From Gekko japonicus (Eukaryota), in contig NW_015164211.1 in the NCBI RefSeq assembly GCF_001447785.1, positions 62,001 to 126,000 of the forward strand: 64,000 bases of DNA. Direction: 5' to 3'. The position numbers were made by a program, and so were the translations under genes. Shown piece by piece: positions 52,576 through 64,000 of the stretch (positions are counted from its first letter, which is position 1; every line of letters begins with the position of its first letter). Below the pieces are notes generated by a model. The model saw only the letters and a list, made by a program, of their open reading frames with translations. It was not told the origin of the DNA and ran no database searches.

Positions 52576-52876
52576 GTAATTTAACTACAGTTATTTCTTA
52601 AAGTACATGATTATAATCTGCTATGAATATTAGGTCATGTACACCCTGATAAGATCTGGTAGTATTTTATAGCATTACTATTTAAGCCTTGATGTTATGA
52701 CATCACTGTTTAAGCCTTAATGCAAAGTTTATGCACCACTCATTATAAGTATACAGCAAATTCATAGTTATGTTTTTGAAGGACTAGAAAAAGACTTTCA
52801 CATCTTGTTTACAATAAACAATATAATTTATACTTCTATTCCTAACTAATATCATATTACACCACTAGTGAAGGGC

Positions 52877-53430
52877 TGTCACGCTCGGGATTACGGGAGG
52901 GGTTGAGTCGGTCGTGAGTCAAAGCCAGGGTGTTTGGCTGAACACCATTGGCTCAGGTATGCCTCAGAATTGTTGTTGGTCAAGTTATTCTCACTTGCCA
53001 CAACAGGGAAAGTTTGTTTAGATGAGTTCGAGTGGATTACGTCTCCCTCCTCTCAGTCTCTCCATGAGCGAACCCCTTCTCCTCCCTGGCTTCACCTGTC
53101 CGGTTTCTTTATTTGTTCAGCCTCCACACCTGCTTCACCCACCACCCACTTCTTAAAGTAACCGAGCCACCAGCCGGGGCTCCAAGGGATTTTGGTCTTG
53201 TCGTTCCACCCACCAACCCTGTTTCCAGCGGTTGGGTCCCTGATGTCCTGCCCAAGTGGTTCCGCGCCCTCGGCCCCCTCCCTTCTTAGGACTATCGCCT
53301 CTCTGTGGACATTGAGACAGGATCCCTGGACCTCCTGGGAAGGGTCTAGGACCGTGTTTCTTCACTTGGCAAGTGCTACTGGGGTAACTTCCTGCGTAGT
53401 CGGGAGAGGGTTGGCATCGCCCTCCTGACA
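52877..53430. mobile_element. Solo LTR (554 bp) in NDUFAF7 intron 3
   Basis: TGTCA...TGACA ends with perfect 5-bp TSD AGGGC. Confidence 0.88.
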
Positions 53431-53745
53431 AGGGCAAGCAGGCCAAAGCATTCTCCAACAAATCTGATATAATTTGTTATGAACATCTGAAATGTATGAT
53501 ACAGAGCACAATTTGAGGAAAGCAAGTCTCTGTAGGTAATTTTTGATAGGAAGTTAATGAATTAAAGTGAAGACAAAAAAAGTTCTGGTTACCCACACAG
53601 AATTGGGTATTTCTTCCATGCAGCTCTTGATATAAGAGGAGTGGTTCTGCTTGACACCAAAACACAGAACTGTAGCCACTCTACTGTACTTGGATTGTGT
53701 GTTTAAAATTTTCCATTTAATGTATATGTTTCTTTTCTTTTGTAG

Positions 53746-53913
<168 letters not shown>

Positions 53914-54162
53914 TAGGACATCAAGTACTGTGATTTGTATTGTGTTTTTAAAAACCTGAAGCTGACTTTCCCAGGATTCTCTATATGCCACCAGCATAAA
54001 GTAGTGTGACGCAGCACAACTGTACTCTTGTGGACTTTTAGCTGTAGGTAGTCTTTCTAAAAATCTCAGATTTTCAGTGCTTCTTAGGTTCCCAAGCATC
54101 TTCCGTTTTATGCTTATTTGCTGGCAAGATATTTGCTTATTTGCAGATGTGTACTCCCACTG

Positions 54163-55495
54163 TGAAGTTAAATGGGCCTTAGAAAGCATTACTAACAACA
54201 AAGCTAGTGGAGGTGATGGTATCCCAGCTGAGCTATTCAAAGTCTTAAAAGATGATGCTGTTAAAGTGCTGCACTCAATTTGCCAGCAAATTTGGAAAAC
54301 GCAACAGTGGCCACAGGATTGGAAAAGGTCAGTATACATTCCAATCCCAAAGAAGGGCAATGCCAAAGAATGTTCAAACTATCACACAATTGCACTCATA
54401 TCACACGCTAGCAAGGTCATGCTCAAGATCCTACAAGCTAGGCTTCAACAGTACGTGGATAGAGAACTACCAGAAGTACAAGCTGGGTTCCGAAGAGGTA
54501 GAGGAACTAGAGATCAAATTGCCAACATTCACTGGATTATGGAGAAAGCAAGAGAGTACCAGAAAAACATCTACTTCTGCTTCATTGACTATGCTAAAGC
54601 TTTTGACTGTGTGGATCACAACAAACTATGGCAGGTCCTTAAAGAGATGGGAGTACCAGACCACCTCACATGTCTCTTGAGAAACCTGTATAAGGGCCAA
54701 GAAGCGACAGTTAGAACCGGATATGGAACAACTGATTGGTTCAGCATAGGAAAAGGAGTACGACAAGGATGTATATTGTCACCTTGCTTATTTAATATAT
54801 ATGCAGAGTACATCATGCAAAATCATCCTGGATGAATCACAAGCGGGAATCAAGATTGCTGGGGAAAAGATCAACAACCTCAGATATGCAGACGATACCA
54901 CTCTAATGGCAGAAAGTGAAGAAGACCTAAAGATGACTGCAGCCATGAAATTAAAAGACGCCTGCTCCTTGGGAGGAAAGCGATGGCGAACCTAAACAGC
55001 ATGATAAAAAGTAGAGACATCACCCTGCCAACAAAAGTCCGCATGGTCAAAGCAATGGTATTCCCAGTAGTCATGTATGGCTGTGAGAGTTGGACTATAA
55101 GGAAGGCCGAGCGCCGAAGAATAGATTCTTTTGAACTATGGTGCTGGAGGAGACTCTTGAGAGTCCCTTGGACTGCAAGAAGAACAAATCAGTCAATCCT
55201 CAAAGAAATCAACCCTGACTGTTCCCTGGAAGGCCAGATAATGAAACTGAAGCTCAAATACTTTGGCCACCAAATGAGAAGGGAGCACTCACTGGAGAAG
55301 ACCCTGATGCTGGGAAAGATTGAAGGTCAAAGAAGATGGGGACGGCAAAGGATGAGATGGTTAGACAGTGTCATAGATGCAACGAACATGAAATTGAGCA
55401 AGCGTCAGAGGACAGCAGAAGACAGAAGGGCCTGGCGTGATCTGGTCCATGGGGTCACGAAGAGTCAGACTCGACTGTGCGACTGAACAACAACA
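54163..55495 (+). mobile_element. 5'-truncated BovB (RTE) LINE
   Basis: RT motifs QAGFR, FIDYAKAFD, GVRQGCILSP, LRYADD; (CAA)n tail; 10-bp TSD ACTCCCACTG; frameshift near 54820 and internal deletion near 54930. Confidence 0.97.
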
Positions 55496-55730
55496 ACTCC
55501 CACTGCTCTGGTGAAATGTCATGTTTTTGGTTATGTCACCAAAGCTGCTGATATGTCAAGTGTCATAAATATTTGGAATGGGCCACTGGTCACCTTTGAA
55601 AAATAAGAAGAGAATCCACACAGTTAAGAAGTTATTGTTAGAATCTTATTTATAAGCACAACATAAAAATATTCTATAAAATCACAGTACGTATTTTGCC
55701 TCTAAAAGAATTGTTCTTCGGTACTTACAG

Positions 55731-55938
55731 GTCTTTAATCAACTGGACTCTTTCCTTAGTAAATGTGACATTTCTATTCACCTGGTGGAAGTCAGTCCCA
55801 AGTTAAGTGAGATTCAAGCACTGACACTGGCAGAAGAAAAGGTAGAATTAATGGATAGTTCCCCTGCTTACATGCAAGGTGTTGCTAAGACTGGACTTCC
55901 AATTTTCTGGTACCAGGACTTAAGTGACGTACCCATAG
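55731..55938 (+). CDS. NDUFAF7: NDUFAF7 exon 5
   Basis: VFNQLDSFLSKCDISIHLVEVSPKLSEIQ...TGLPIFWYQDLSDVPI; 208 nt. Confidence 0.96.
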
Positions 55939-57093
55939 GTAAGGTTTTACTGATTTGGTGGTTATTTAATTAAATATTCAGTCATCATTAGCTCCTTAAG
56001 TTGCTTAGATCCTTTTAGGATTAGGAACAATTTCAACAGTGGTATATAAGTAGGATTTGTTTCTGCTTTAGGCTGTTTGAATGAGTTTGTAGAGTATGAA
56101 ACTTTCATTTCTGTGCTAAATGCAATCTTTGAATTGTTTCTCATTTTCTGTTTTAAAATTGTAGTGGCAAAATCCCATATGTGCAGCATTTCCAACATTA
56201 TGCATTTATATAGACTCAGACTTCAGTTATCTGTACAGCAGGAGCTTTCTACACACAAATAAGCCATGTTAGTGCTGTAGAAAAATGGGAGGGTACACAA
56301 TTAGGGGACTGCAATAAGCAGGGGCATCAGCAAAGGAAGGCTATTCTGCTTCTTGTACACAGCAAACAACTCATTTTGGACAATTTGCATTTGAACCAGA
56401 GCAGGAGAAAACAACTTTGCTTATTTCCCCTTCATCACTGTAGTGCCCAGTGCTAGATGGCACATTTTCTATAAGAGTCCCCTGACCCTCAGCAAAGGGT
56501 TTTTAGGGTGGGATGAAGATCCTGTTGCATGAATACATGGTGTGATTAAGAACCCTAGACTCCAACACAGTGACATAATTATTGTCTAAAGCAGGTGATG
56601 GGGGGGGGGGATGAGAAGGGAACATCTTCCACTACATCTTCTTGAAGAAGCATCTCTATTTGCTAGGGCAAGATGCTGACATAAGGTACATGTGTCACAA
56701 CTGAATCATCTGATTCCTAGATGAATTTAAAACAGGAATAGGAAGGAATTATCTCTTTGCACAATTGATTTCATGTGTAACATTGTTATCACATCATGCA
56801 AAGTGTCTTGGGTAACAAAAGAGCCAATTGACCTTTGTGATTACTTGTGGCTGCAAGCATTTTTGAACATTCTGTCCTGTAGTCTGTTGTGCAAGATTTC
56901 AAAACAATACTTAAATTTCAGCAGTTGTCTGTTTTAAAAACTTGCTTGTTAATTATCTTAATTTTTTTCTCATTAGTAGAGGTACCATATGTAGATGTCT
57001 TAGTAATTAGCACTTTCAGATTCTCACACTGAAGAGGTGATTCAAGTGGAAAACATTTATGTTGAAATCTGACTGAAACTGTTTTTCCCCTAG

Positions 57094-57152
57094 GGAACAA
57101 TTTTTATTTAGCACATGAATTTCTTGATGCTCTGCCTATACACAAGTTTCAG
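57094..57152 (+). CDS. NDUFAF7: NDUFAF7 exon 6
   Basis: (G)NNFYLAHEFLDALPIHKFQ; 59 nt. Confidence 0.96.
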
Positions 57153-57476
57153 GTATGATCAGAAGCCAGCTTGTAACTTTGTTTAAGGAGCATCCATTAG
57201 AAGAAAACTAAATACAAATAAATGAAGGACATTATATAGTATCGGCTCATATTTTATACTGATACATTTCTGCAAGTTATTTAACCCAAGGAAACTTCCA
57301 GTTGATAAGATACATAGATGCAATATTGGTAGCAGATTTTTTTTAAAGATACCATTTTGATACAATACATAGTACCCTAATTTTAGAAGCTCTCAGATCT
57401 ACCAGTCTTTATGGATGGTATTAAGTAATAGATAGTAATGTAGCTAGTAATGACACACTCAGACTATCACCTAGAA

Positions 57477-57724
57477 CAGGTATGTCCAACAGGTAGATAG
57501 CGATCTACCAGTAGATCGCGGAGGGGTCAGAGGTAGATCACCAGCCCCTTACCAGTAAATGAGAGAAGGTGCATTATAAATGGGGGGGAGGCGGTGGAAA
57601 CCAACTTTAGTGGGCTAAAATCTAATTTGAAACTAATTTGAAACTTTATTTTCATGGTGGTAGATCACCGGCACTTTTGGCCGGAAAAAATAGATCACTA
57701 CCTGTTCAAAGTTGGACATGCCTG
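57477..57724. mobile_element. hAT/Charlie-type MITE
   Basis: 14-bp TIR CAGG(T/C)ATGTCCAAC with perfect TSD ACCTAGAA. Confidence 0.92.
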
Positions 57725-58307
57725 ACCTAGAAGGATAGAGTTTGCTTCTCTGAACTGACAGTAAAGGTTACATTTTATATTTCCCGATTTTGTTTGTACA
57801 GCTTCATTTCTGGTAACTTGAATAATTTTGGGGAAACTTGCTTAAAGAAGATGAGGCTCTTAGCTATACCTGTTAGCTTTAAATGTGGGCCAAATTTTTC
57901 AATGCGGAATGTGATTATTTTTTTTGTTCTAGTTAAGAATGTAGGTAAATTCTCATTAATCCTGAAAGCTTTATTGCTAGTCAAGACACTGAAAGGCTAC
58001 GCACCAATACCATCATATGCAAAACAAAAACTGTGTTCACAAACTTGCTGTTGAAAAGATTCACTGAATAATACATGGTGTGTTTAAGAATACATGATTA
58101 GGATATTTATCATGGTCCAGTGTACAGTTTTGTCCCCAAAAGAGCAGCATTTCAGGGAATACTGTGGGCTGCAGTTGGGGGGTGTCACACTGTATGGGTG
58201 GGAAATCCTTCCATTCATAGAAATGTTCCACCTGACCCAAGCCCAGACTTATAGATTTATTTTAATGCATTCATCTACATTAGATTAATTTTATTTTAAA
58301 TTAATAG

Positions 58308-58421
58308 AAAACAGAAAAAGGGTGGCGTGAGTTGCTGGTTGATATTGATCCAGAAGCTCCTGACAAGCTGCGTTTCGTCCTTGCACCATCTGCTACTGCT
58401 GCTTCGGAAGCCTTCATACAT
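58308..58421 (+). CDS. NDUFAF7: NDUFAF7 exon 7
   Basis: KTEKGWRELLVDIDPEAPDKLRFVLAPSATAASEAFIH; 114 nt. Confidence 0.95.
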
Positions 58422-58456
58422 GTAAGTTTATGATTATCAACTTATAAACTTTTTGG

Positions 58457-58837
58457 CCCTTGCCCCGAGCTGGTAGAATGAGCTCCCGTATGAGATTAGG
58501 GCCCTGCAGTATTTATTGCAGTTCCGCTGGGCCTGCAAGATGGAGCTCTTCCACCGAGCTTTTGGTTGACGTGACGAACTCCCCTCCTCCCCTGGCCAAT
58601 CTCCCATCAGTGGCCTGTATCCAAATAGACATCAGGGTACCCACTGTTATATCTTAATTAATCTGATTGATATCGAAATTGACATCTGATCTAATCTGTT
58701 TTACACAGTATTTATTTTATTCTGTTTTAAATTGTTATTTTAAAGTTGTTTTTAATGGTATTGTACTGAGATTGATGAAACCCACCCTGAGCCTGCTTGC
58801 GAGGAGGGCAGGATATAAATTTAATTAATAAATAAAT
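58457..58837 (+). mobile_element. L2-type LINE 3' fragment
   Basis: Homologous to 44225-44646. Confidence 0.7.
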
Positions 58838-59125
58838 ATTCAGCCCAGCCCAGTCCCATTAAATGATGCCGATGTTGCCGTTAGATGTTCACAGTTTCTC
58901 AAAACGTACTTATAACTTGTTGCTGCCATTTCAAACATAGTTTGCAGTCCAGCGGCAAAATGTTACACTATGTAGTCTTTGGAAAAATGTTTCTAGAGCC
59001 TTGTTTATCAGTTTTATGCTCTTATAATCAAAAATGTATTAAGACCGATCAGAGTATTGGATTTACCGTGAAGGCTCCTTTTACTTGAAGTAGGCAACAG
59101 CACTCAGAGACATTTGGGCACTCTC

Positions 59126-59832
59126 ATAAGAACATAAGAGACGGTAATGTTGGATCAGACCAAAGGCCCATCCAGTCCAAGACTCTGTCACACAGTGGCC
59201 AAAAATACCAGGTGCCATCAGGAGGTCCAGCAGTGCGGCCAGGACATTAGAAGCCCTCCCCCTGTTGACCCCCCCCCCAAGCACCAAGACAGNNNNNNNN
59301 NNNNNNNNNNNNNNNNNNNNNNNNNNNNNNNNNNNNNNNNNNNNNNNNNNNNNNNNNNNNNNNNNNNNNNNNNNNNNNNNNNNNNNNNNNNNNNNNNNNN
59401 NNNNNNNNNNNNNNNNNNNNNNNNNNNNNNNNNNNNNNNNNNNNNNNNNNNNNNNNNNNNNNNNNNNNNNNNNNNNNNNNNNNNNNNNNNNNNNNNNNNN
59501 NNNNNNNNNNNNNNNNNNNNNNNNNNNNNNNNNNNNNNNNNNNNNNNNNNNNNNNNNNNNNNNNNNNNNNNNNNNNNNNNNNNNNNNNNNNNNNNNNNNN
59601 NNNNNNNNNNNNNNNNNNNNNNNNNNNNNNNNNNNNNNNNNNNNNNNNNNNNNNNNNNNNNNNNNNNNNNNNNNNNNNNNNNNNNNNNNNNNNNNNNNNN
59701 NNNNNNNNNATTTATACTCACTCTCTGTTTTCTATTAATTAGCCAGTTTTTGATCCACAAAAGGACTTGTCCTTTTATCCCATGATTTTTGAGCTTACTT
59801 AGGAGCCTTTGATGAGGAACTTTATCAAAAGC
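59126..59832 (-). mobile_element. CR1 LINE fragment spanning N gap 59293-59709
   Basis: AFDKVPHQRLLSKL...WIKNWLINRKQRVSIN (CR1 RT) on one side of the gap and the CR1 3' UTR on the other. Confidence 0.85.
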
Positions 59833-60920
59833 TCTCCTTGCCATGATTCCTGGAGGCAGGAAGTAGGTTGCTATTTACCATCTCCAGTATTGAGGGAATG
59901 CCTGCCACTTTCAGTTTGGACACTTTTTCAATTCTCAGAGACTAGAATCCCTAATCTAACTCAGGAAAAAACATTATTCATTTGACAAAAATGGTTCCCA
60001 CTGAAGCTGGACTATACACTAAGAGCAACAGAAGGTAAAACAGTAAACTGTTTGGGAAGGAACACTGAAAATGAACAAAAAAGGTCAGCATGAGGGTTGG
60101 TCTGGCAGCTGTCTCCCACTCTACCAATGAAGAAATTCATAAACATTTTATACAAAGCAGCATGAGTCAAAAGTGCCCTCTTCTACTTCAAGTAAAAGGA
60201 ACTTTCATGGTAAATCTGATGTTCTGTTTTCACTTGAAGAGACATTTGAAATCTTACCAAGCAGTGCATCCAGCTTGGAGGGAGAAGCACTAATCATCCA
60301 CAACCTGCCTCAGGACCTGCTGCCCAAAAGCTGTATCAGCTGAGGCAGCAGGGTCCATTTTGTAATGCCTAAAGAATGTGGACATGGACACCCAAGTGGC
60401 CACTTTGTATAAATGCATTTTTGTTGAAAGCTGTCAAAGTATCTTTATTCCTGACTGAATGTGCAGCAATGCCCGCTGGTACTTGCAACCACTGAGAGGA
60501 GTACACTAGTACCATGCATTCCCTTAGCCACATGCTGTGGGTAGATTCAGATACATTTTTGCCATTGATCATAGGATGAAAGACTACAGACACTGTCTGA
60601 CTTACTGAAAGGTCTAGTGCACTTAATGTAAATCTGTAAAGATGCAAGGAGTGCCAGTTCTTCTACTTTAAGTGAAATGCTTGGGACAGAAAGAAGGTAA
60701 AGAATTTTAAGCCAACTAGAGGGAACAGTGAGTTCACCTTTGGCATGAATGTGGAGTTGGTATGGAATACCACTATGGCGATCTTTCCTCTCTCACACAC
60801 AGAATTTTCCCTTCTGTCTTCTTTCTTGCTGAGCAGCCCCTTTATTTTTTTTCTTATTGGTTTGTCTATGGGTGTCCCACCCAGTCACTTTATTATTATA
60901 TATATTATATCTTAAACACA

Positions 60921-61140
60921 CTCATGTGTTTAAGACCAAAAGCATTTTATTCCAGGTATGTGTGTGAGAGAGAGAGTCTCCTGTGTTTAAGACCAAAAAC
61001 ATTATATTCCAGGTATGTTTGTGTGTGAGAGAGCGAGAGCGAGAGAGACTCCTATGTTTAAGGCCAAAAACATTTTATTCCAGGTCTGTGTGTGAGAGAG
61101 AGAATCCTGTCTTTAAGACCAAAAACATTTATTCTAGGTA
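60921..61140. repeat. Four-copy tandem array derived from the Penelope-type tail
   Basis: Unit CTCCTGTGTTTAAGACCAAAAACATTTTATTCCAGGTA separated by (GT)n(GA)n tracts. Confidence 0.85.
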
Positions 61141-61772
61141 TAAGCTTTTGTGGGCAAGCACACTTCTTCTTCGGAGAGGGAGGGAGGGAAACAGCCAGAA
61201 GGGGGAAGTCCCATGGTACTTGGAGAGATCCCTCTTTCCATTTCTAACAGATGGGGGAAGAACCTAACAGCACAGCTTGCATTCCTTATTAGTGAAAGGG
61301 AGCAANNNNNNNNNNNNNNNNNNNNNNNNNNNNNNNNNNNNNNNNNNNNNNNNNNNNNNNNNNNNNNNNNNNNNNNNNNNNNNNNNNNNNNNNNNNNNNN
61401 NNNNNNNNNNNNNNNNNNNNNNNNNNNNNNNNNNNNNNNNNNNNNNNNNNNNNNNNNNNNNNNNNNNNNNNNNNNNNNNNNNNNNNNNNNNNNNNNNNNN
61501 NNNNNNNNNNNNNNNNNNNNNNNNNNNNNNNNNNNNNNNNNNNNNNNNNNNNNNNNNNNNNNNNNNNNNNNNNNNNNNNNNNNNNNNNNNNNNNNNNNNN
61601 NNNNNNNNNNNNNNNNNNNNNNNNNNNNNNNNNNNNNNNNNNNNNNNNNNNNNNNNNNNNNNNNNNNNNNNNNNNNNNNNNNNNNNNNNNNNNNNNNNNN
61701 NNNNNNNNNNNNNNNNNNNNNNNNNNNNNNNNNNNNNNNNNNNNNNNNNNNNNNNNNNNNNNNNNNNNNNNN

Positions 61773-62220
61773 AGGAGTTTGCATTGTCTTGAGCTTCATT
61801 ATCCGTTGCAATTCAGTAGTCCCCCTTTCTAATCTCCCTTTGAAATTCCTTTGTAAGAGAACTGCTACTCTTAGGTCAGCAACTGAATGCCCTGGAAGGT
61901 TAAAATGTTCCCCCACTGGTTTTTGAATGTTGTGGTTTCTAATAGTAGTAGTAGTAGTCCAGTAGCACCTTTAAAGACTAACAACATTGCGGTAGGGTAT
62001 GCGCTTTTGTGAGTCACTGCTCACTTCTTCAGACTTATTTATTCTTTGCATCCTCCTGGACTGAATTCTCCTGTATCAAATTGAGACCTAGGATTTCCTG
62101 TCTCATTACCAATGCTGATATCTCCACGCCTCTGTATATCACACCAATGCTGATATCTTCACCCCTCTGCATATCACACCTAATCCAATCAAGCCTGCTA
62201 TTGCCATTCGGCATCTGAAA
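61773..62220 (-). mobile_element. Penelope-like (Poseidon-type) remnant: GIY-YIG C-terminus plus terminal repeat
   Basis: VGEHFNLPGHSVADLRVAVLLQRNFKGRLER..ELQRIMKL; adjacent decayed hammerhead-like motif at 61997-62036. Confidence 0.8.
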
Positions 62221-63566
62221 TCATCTTTATAAAGTTTATATCTCTGGTCCCTTGTTTTACATTTTATGGCACACATGGCCCAGCCCAACAAAGTGACATT
62301 TATGTCAGGATCCGGCTCTCGTAACAAATGAGGTTGACACCTCTGGGTTAGATGGTCTGTATCTGGACTAGGAGGACTTCTTGTCATTACAAAGTCTGGG
62401 TAACAGCCAGTGTGAACAAAAGGGCTGGGAGCCATATTACCTGGCACTGACAGCAGCTTGTGCCATTATAGAGGTATCTGCTGTTGACCAGGTTCCATTG
62501 CCTGGAACCTCAGGCAGGAGAGACTTGTCTTAATGGTCTCTTTTTTCTTTTTAAGACCAGCAAGGGGGCTTTTATGCAAGGCTTACCAGCAAAAGGGCTT
62601 TTATGCAAGGCTTTTTCATCTTCCATACCAATAAGGCAAGAGTCTCCAAAGAAAGTGGAGCTAGACTCAAGCATCCTGCTGGAGCAGCAGGGCTATGAAA
62701 ACTGGAGGGTCAGCCTCGCTCTGAGCCAATACAGTCTACACAAATTTGCATAACCCTGCCTGGAGCAAGAGAAGGCATGACCTAACCAGTTTGGATGACT
62801 TCCCCAACTGAAGGAGAAGAATCCTGATCCCCTTTGACCCTTTTCTCCCTAACCATCCTTGCTGCCATGGAGACTTGTGTAATGCCCTAGAATTCTTTGC
62901 TTTTCAGAATCCAATTGTGCTGTGTTAGGATACCAGTAAATAACAAAGCTAGTCAGTTTTGTTATTGCTGTGCATTTCACTTGCCACTGAACTATATGCC
63001 TTGGTTTTATACCCTTTTCGTGAATTTCTTCAATAAGGCATTATTTTGCTTTATGGTGTATGTTACCCAGGGAATTACTGAGACCAAACCCAGGTAAAGC
63101 TTGGTTATGTTACTGCACCAAGGCAGGGTCAGCCTTGACAAATGGGGAGAGGGATTTTTTTAAAATATCTTAGAGGCAGAAGACAGGAGAGACACACACA
63201 AAGAAAAAGCAACCTCAGAGTCCAAAGATAAAGAAAGTTGCAGAGCTGTCTAGAAGTCCTGCACTTGCAAGAAGTCAGGGGGAAAACCTGAAGATGGCAA
63301 TTCCCCAATCAACCAACTATAATTGTTATTTGATTTACCATGCAATCCTGTGCTGAGTTATTTCAGTCCAAGCTTATTTAGTTCAGTTTGGCTTAAACTG
63401 GTACAACTCTGAATAGGGTTCTCAACACCCTCAAACGTACAATTCTCAGCATTTCTTGAGGGTAGCGTAGACACATTAAAATTGTTCCTGGATCACTCTG
63501 AGTGCATTTGCTATCCCATGTAGTTTGAAGCATCTGTGTTAACTAATAATCTCTGTTCTTAATTAG

Positions 63567-63710
63567 GAGGAGGAATCCAGGGACCACGTGGAAGTGTGTC
63601 CTGATGCTGGCATCGTTATCCAGAAGCTGGCCCAAAATATAGAAAAGAATGGGGGAGCTGCACTGATTGTAGACTATGGTCATAATGGAACAAAAACCGA
63701 TACTTTCAGG
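63567..63710 (+). CDS. NDUFAF7: NDUFAF7 exon 8 (gene continues beyond the window)
   Basis: EEESRDHVEVCPDAGIVIQKLAQNIEKNGGAALIVDYGHNGTKTDTFR; 144 nt. Confidence 0.96.
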
Positions 63711-63845
63711 GTAGGTTAATTTATTCAACCTGTTCTGCAGGATACACGTGTGTCTTTAAAACAGCAAAAGGTAACAGCTGATTATTTCTTCACTCCATGG
63801 AATAGCTACTGAAGAAAGCAGCCAGCCCTTAAGTGAAAAATGAAA

Positions 63846-64000
63846 TGTTGTTGTTGTTCAGTCGCACAGTCAAGTCCAACTCTTCACGACCCCATGGACC
63901 ACATCACACCAGGCCCTTCTGTCTTCCGTCATGCTCCAGAGTTTGCTTAATTTCATGTTCATTGCATCGATAATGCTGTCTAACCATCTCATCCTTTGCT
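63846..64000 (-). mobile_element. BovB/RTE 3' end (runs off the window)
   Basis: (TTG)n followed by the reverse complement of the BovB 3' end at about 55350-55495. Confidence 0.88.

Noticed and set aside
60921-61140. CRISPR-like repeat-spacer appearance
   Set aside because: Vertebrate intron, spacers are simple dinucleotide tracts, no cas genes.
59147-61926. Long ORFs of 157-260 aa in the track
   Set aside because: Artefacts of reading through N gaps 59293-59709 and 61306-61772.

Overview
Vertebrate genomic DNA, not prokaryotic. Sauria SINE, Squam3-like SINEs, BovB, CR1, L2 and Penelope-like repeats indicate a squamate reptile, probably a gecko (inference). The window holds the conserved SULT6B1(-), CEBPZOS(+), CEBPZ(-), NDUFAF7(+) block. 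Exons were rebuilt by hand from GT-AG sites with consistent phases. SULT6B1 is complete (7 coding exons, 302 aa). CEBPZOS is complete (3 coding exons, 77 aa microprotein). CEBPZ has 16 exons and about 1024 visible codons, with its stop inside an N gap. NDUFAF7 exons 1-8 are present (318 codons) and the gene runs off the window. Introns and intergenic DNA are rich in solo LTRs, hAT and Harbinger-like MITEs, LINE fragments and SINEs. Most notable observations: a family of Penelope-derived minimal hammerhead ribozyme motifs, one nearly intact on the sense strand of NDUFAF7 intron 1; a probable CEBPZ poly(A) signal written inside CEBPZOS codons; an overlapping upstream ORF on CEBPZOS; a ~125-bp near-perfect inverted repeat in a CEBPZ intron; an ISRE in the SULT6B1 3' UTR on the side where EIF2AK2 is expected; and a 5S-derived SINE. 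Family assignments come from recalled sequence recognition, not database searches.
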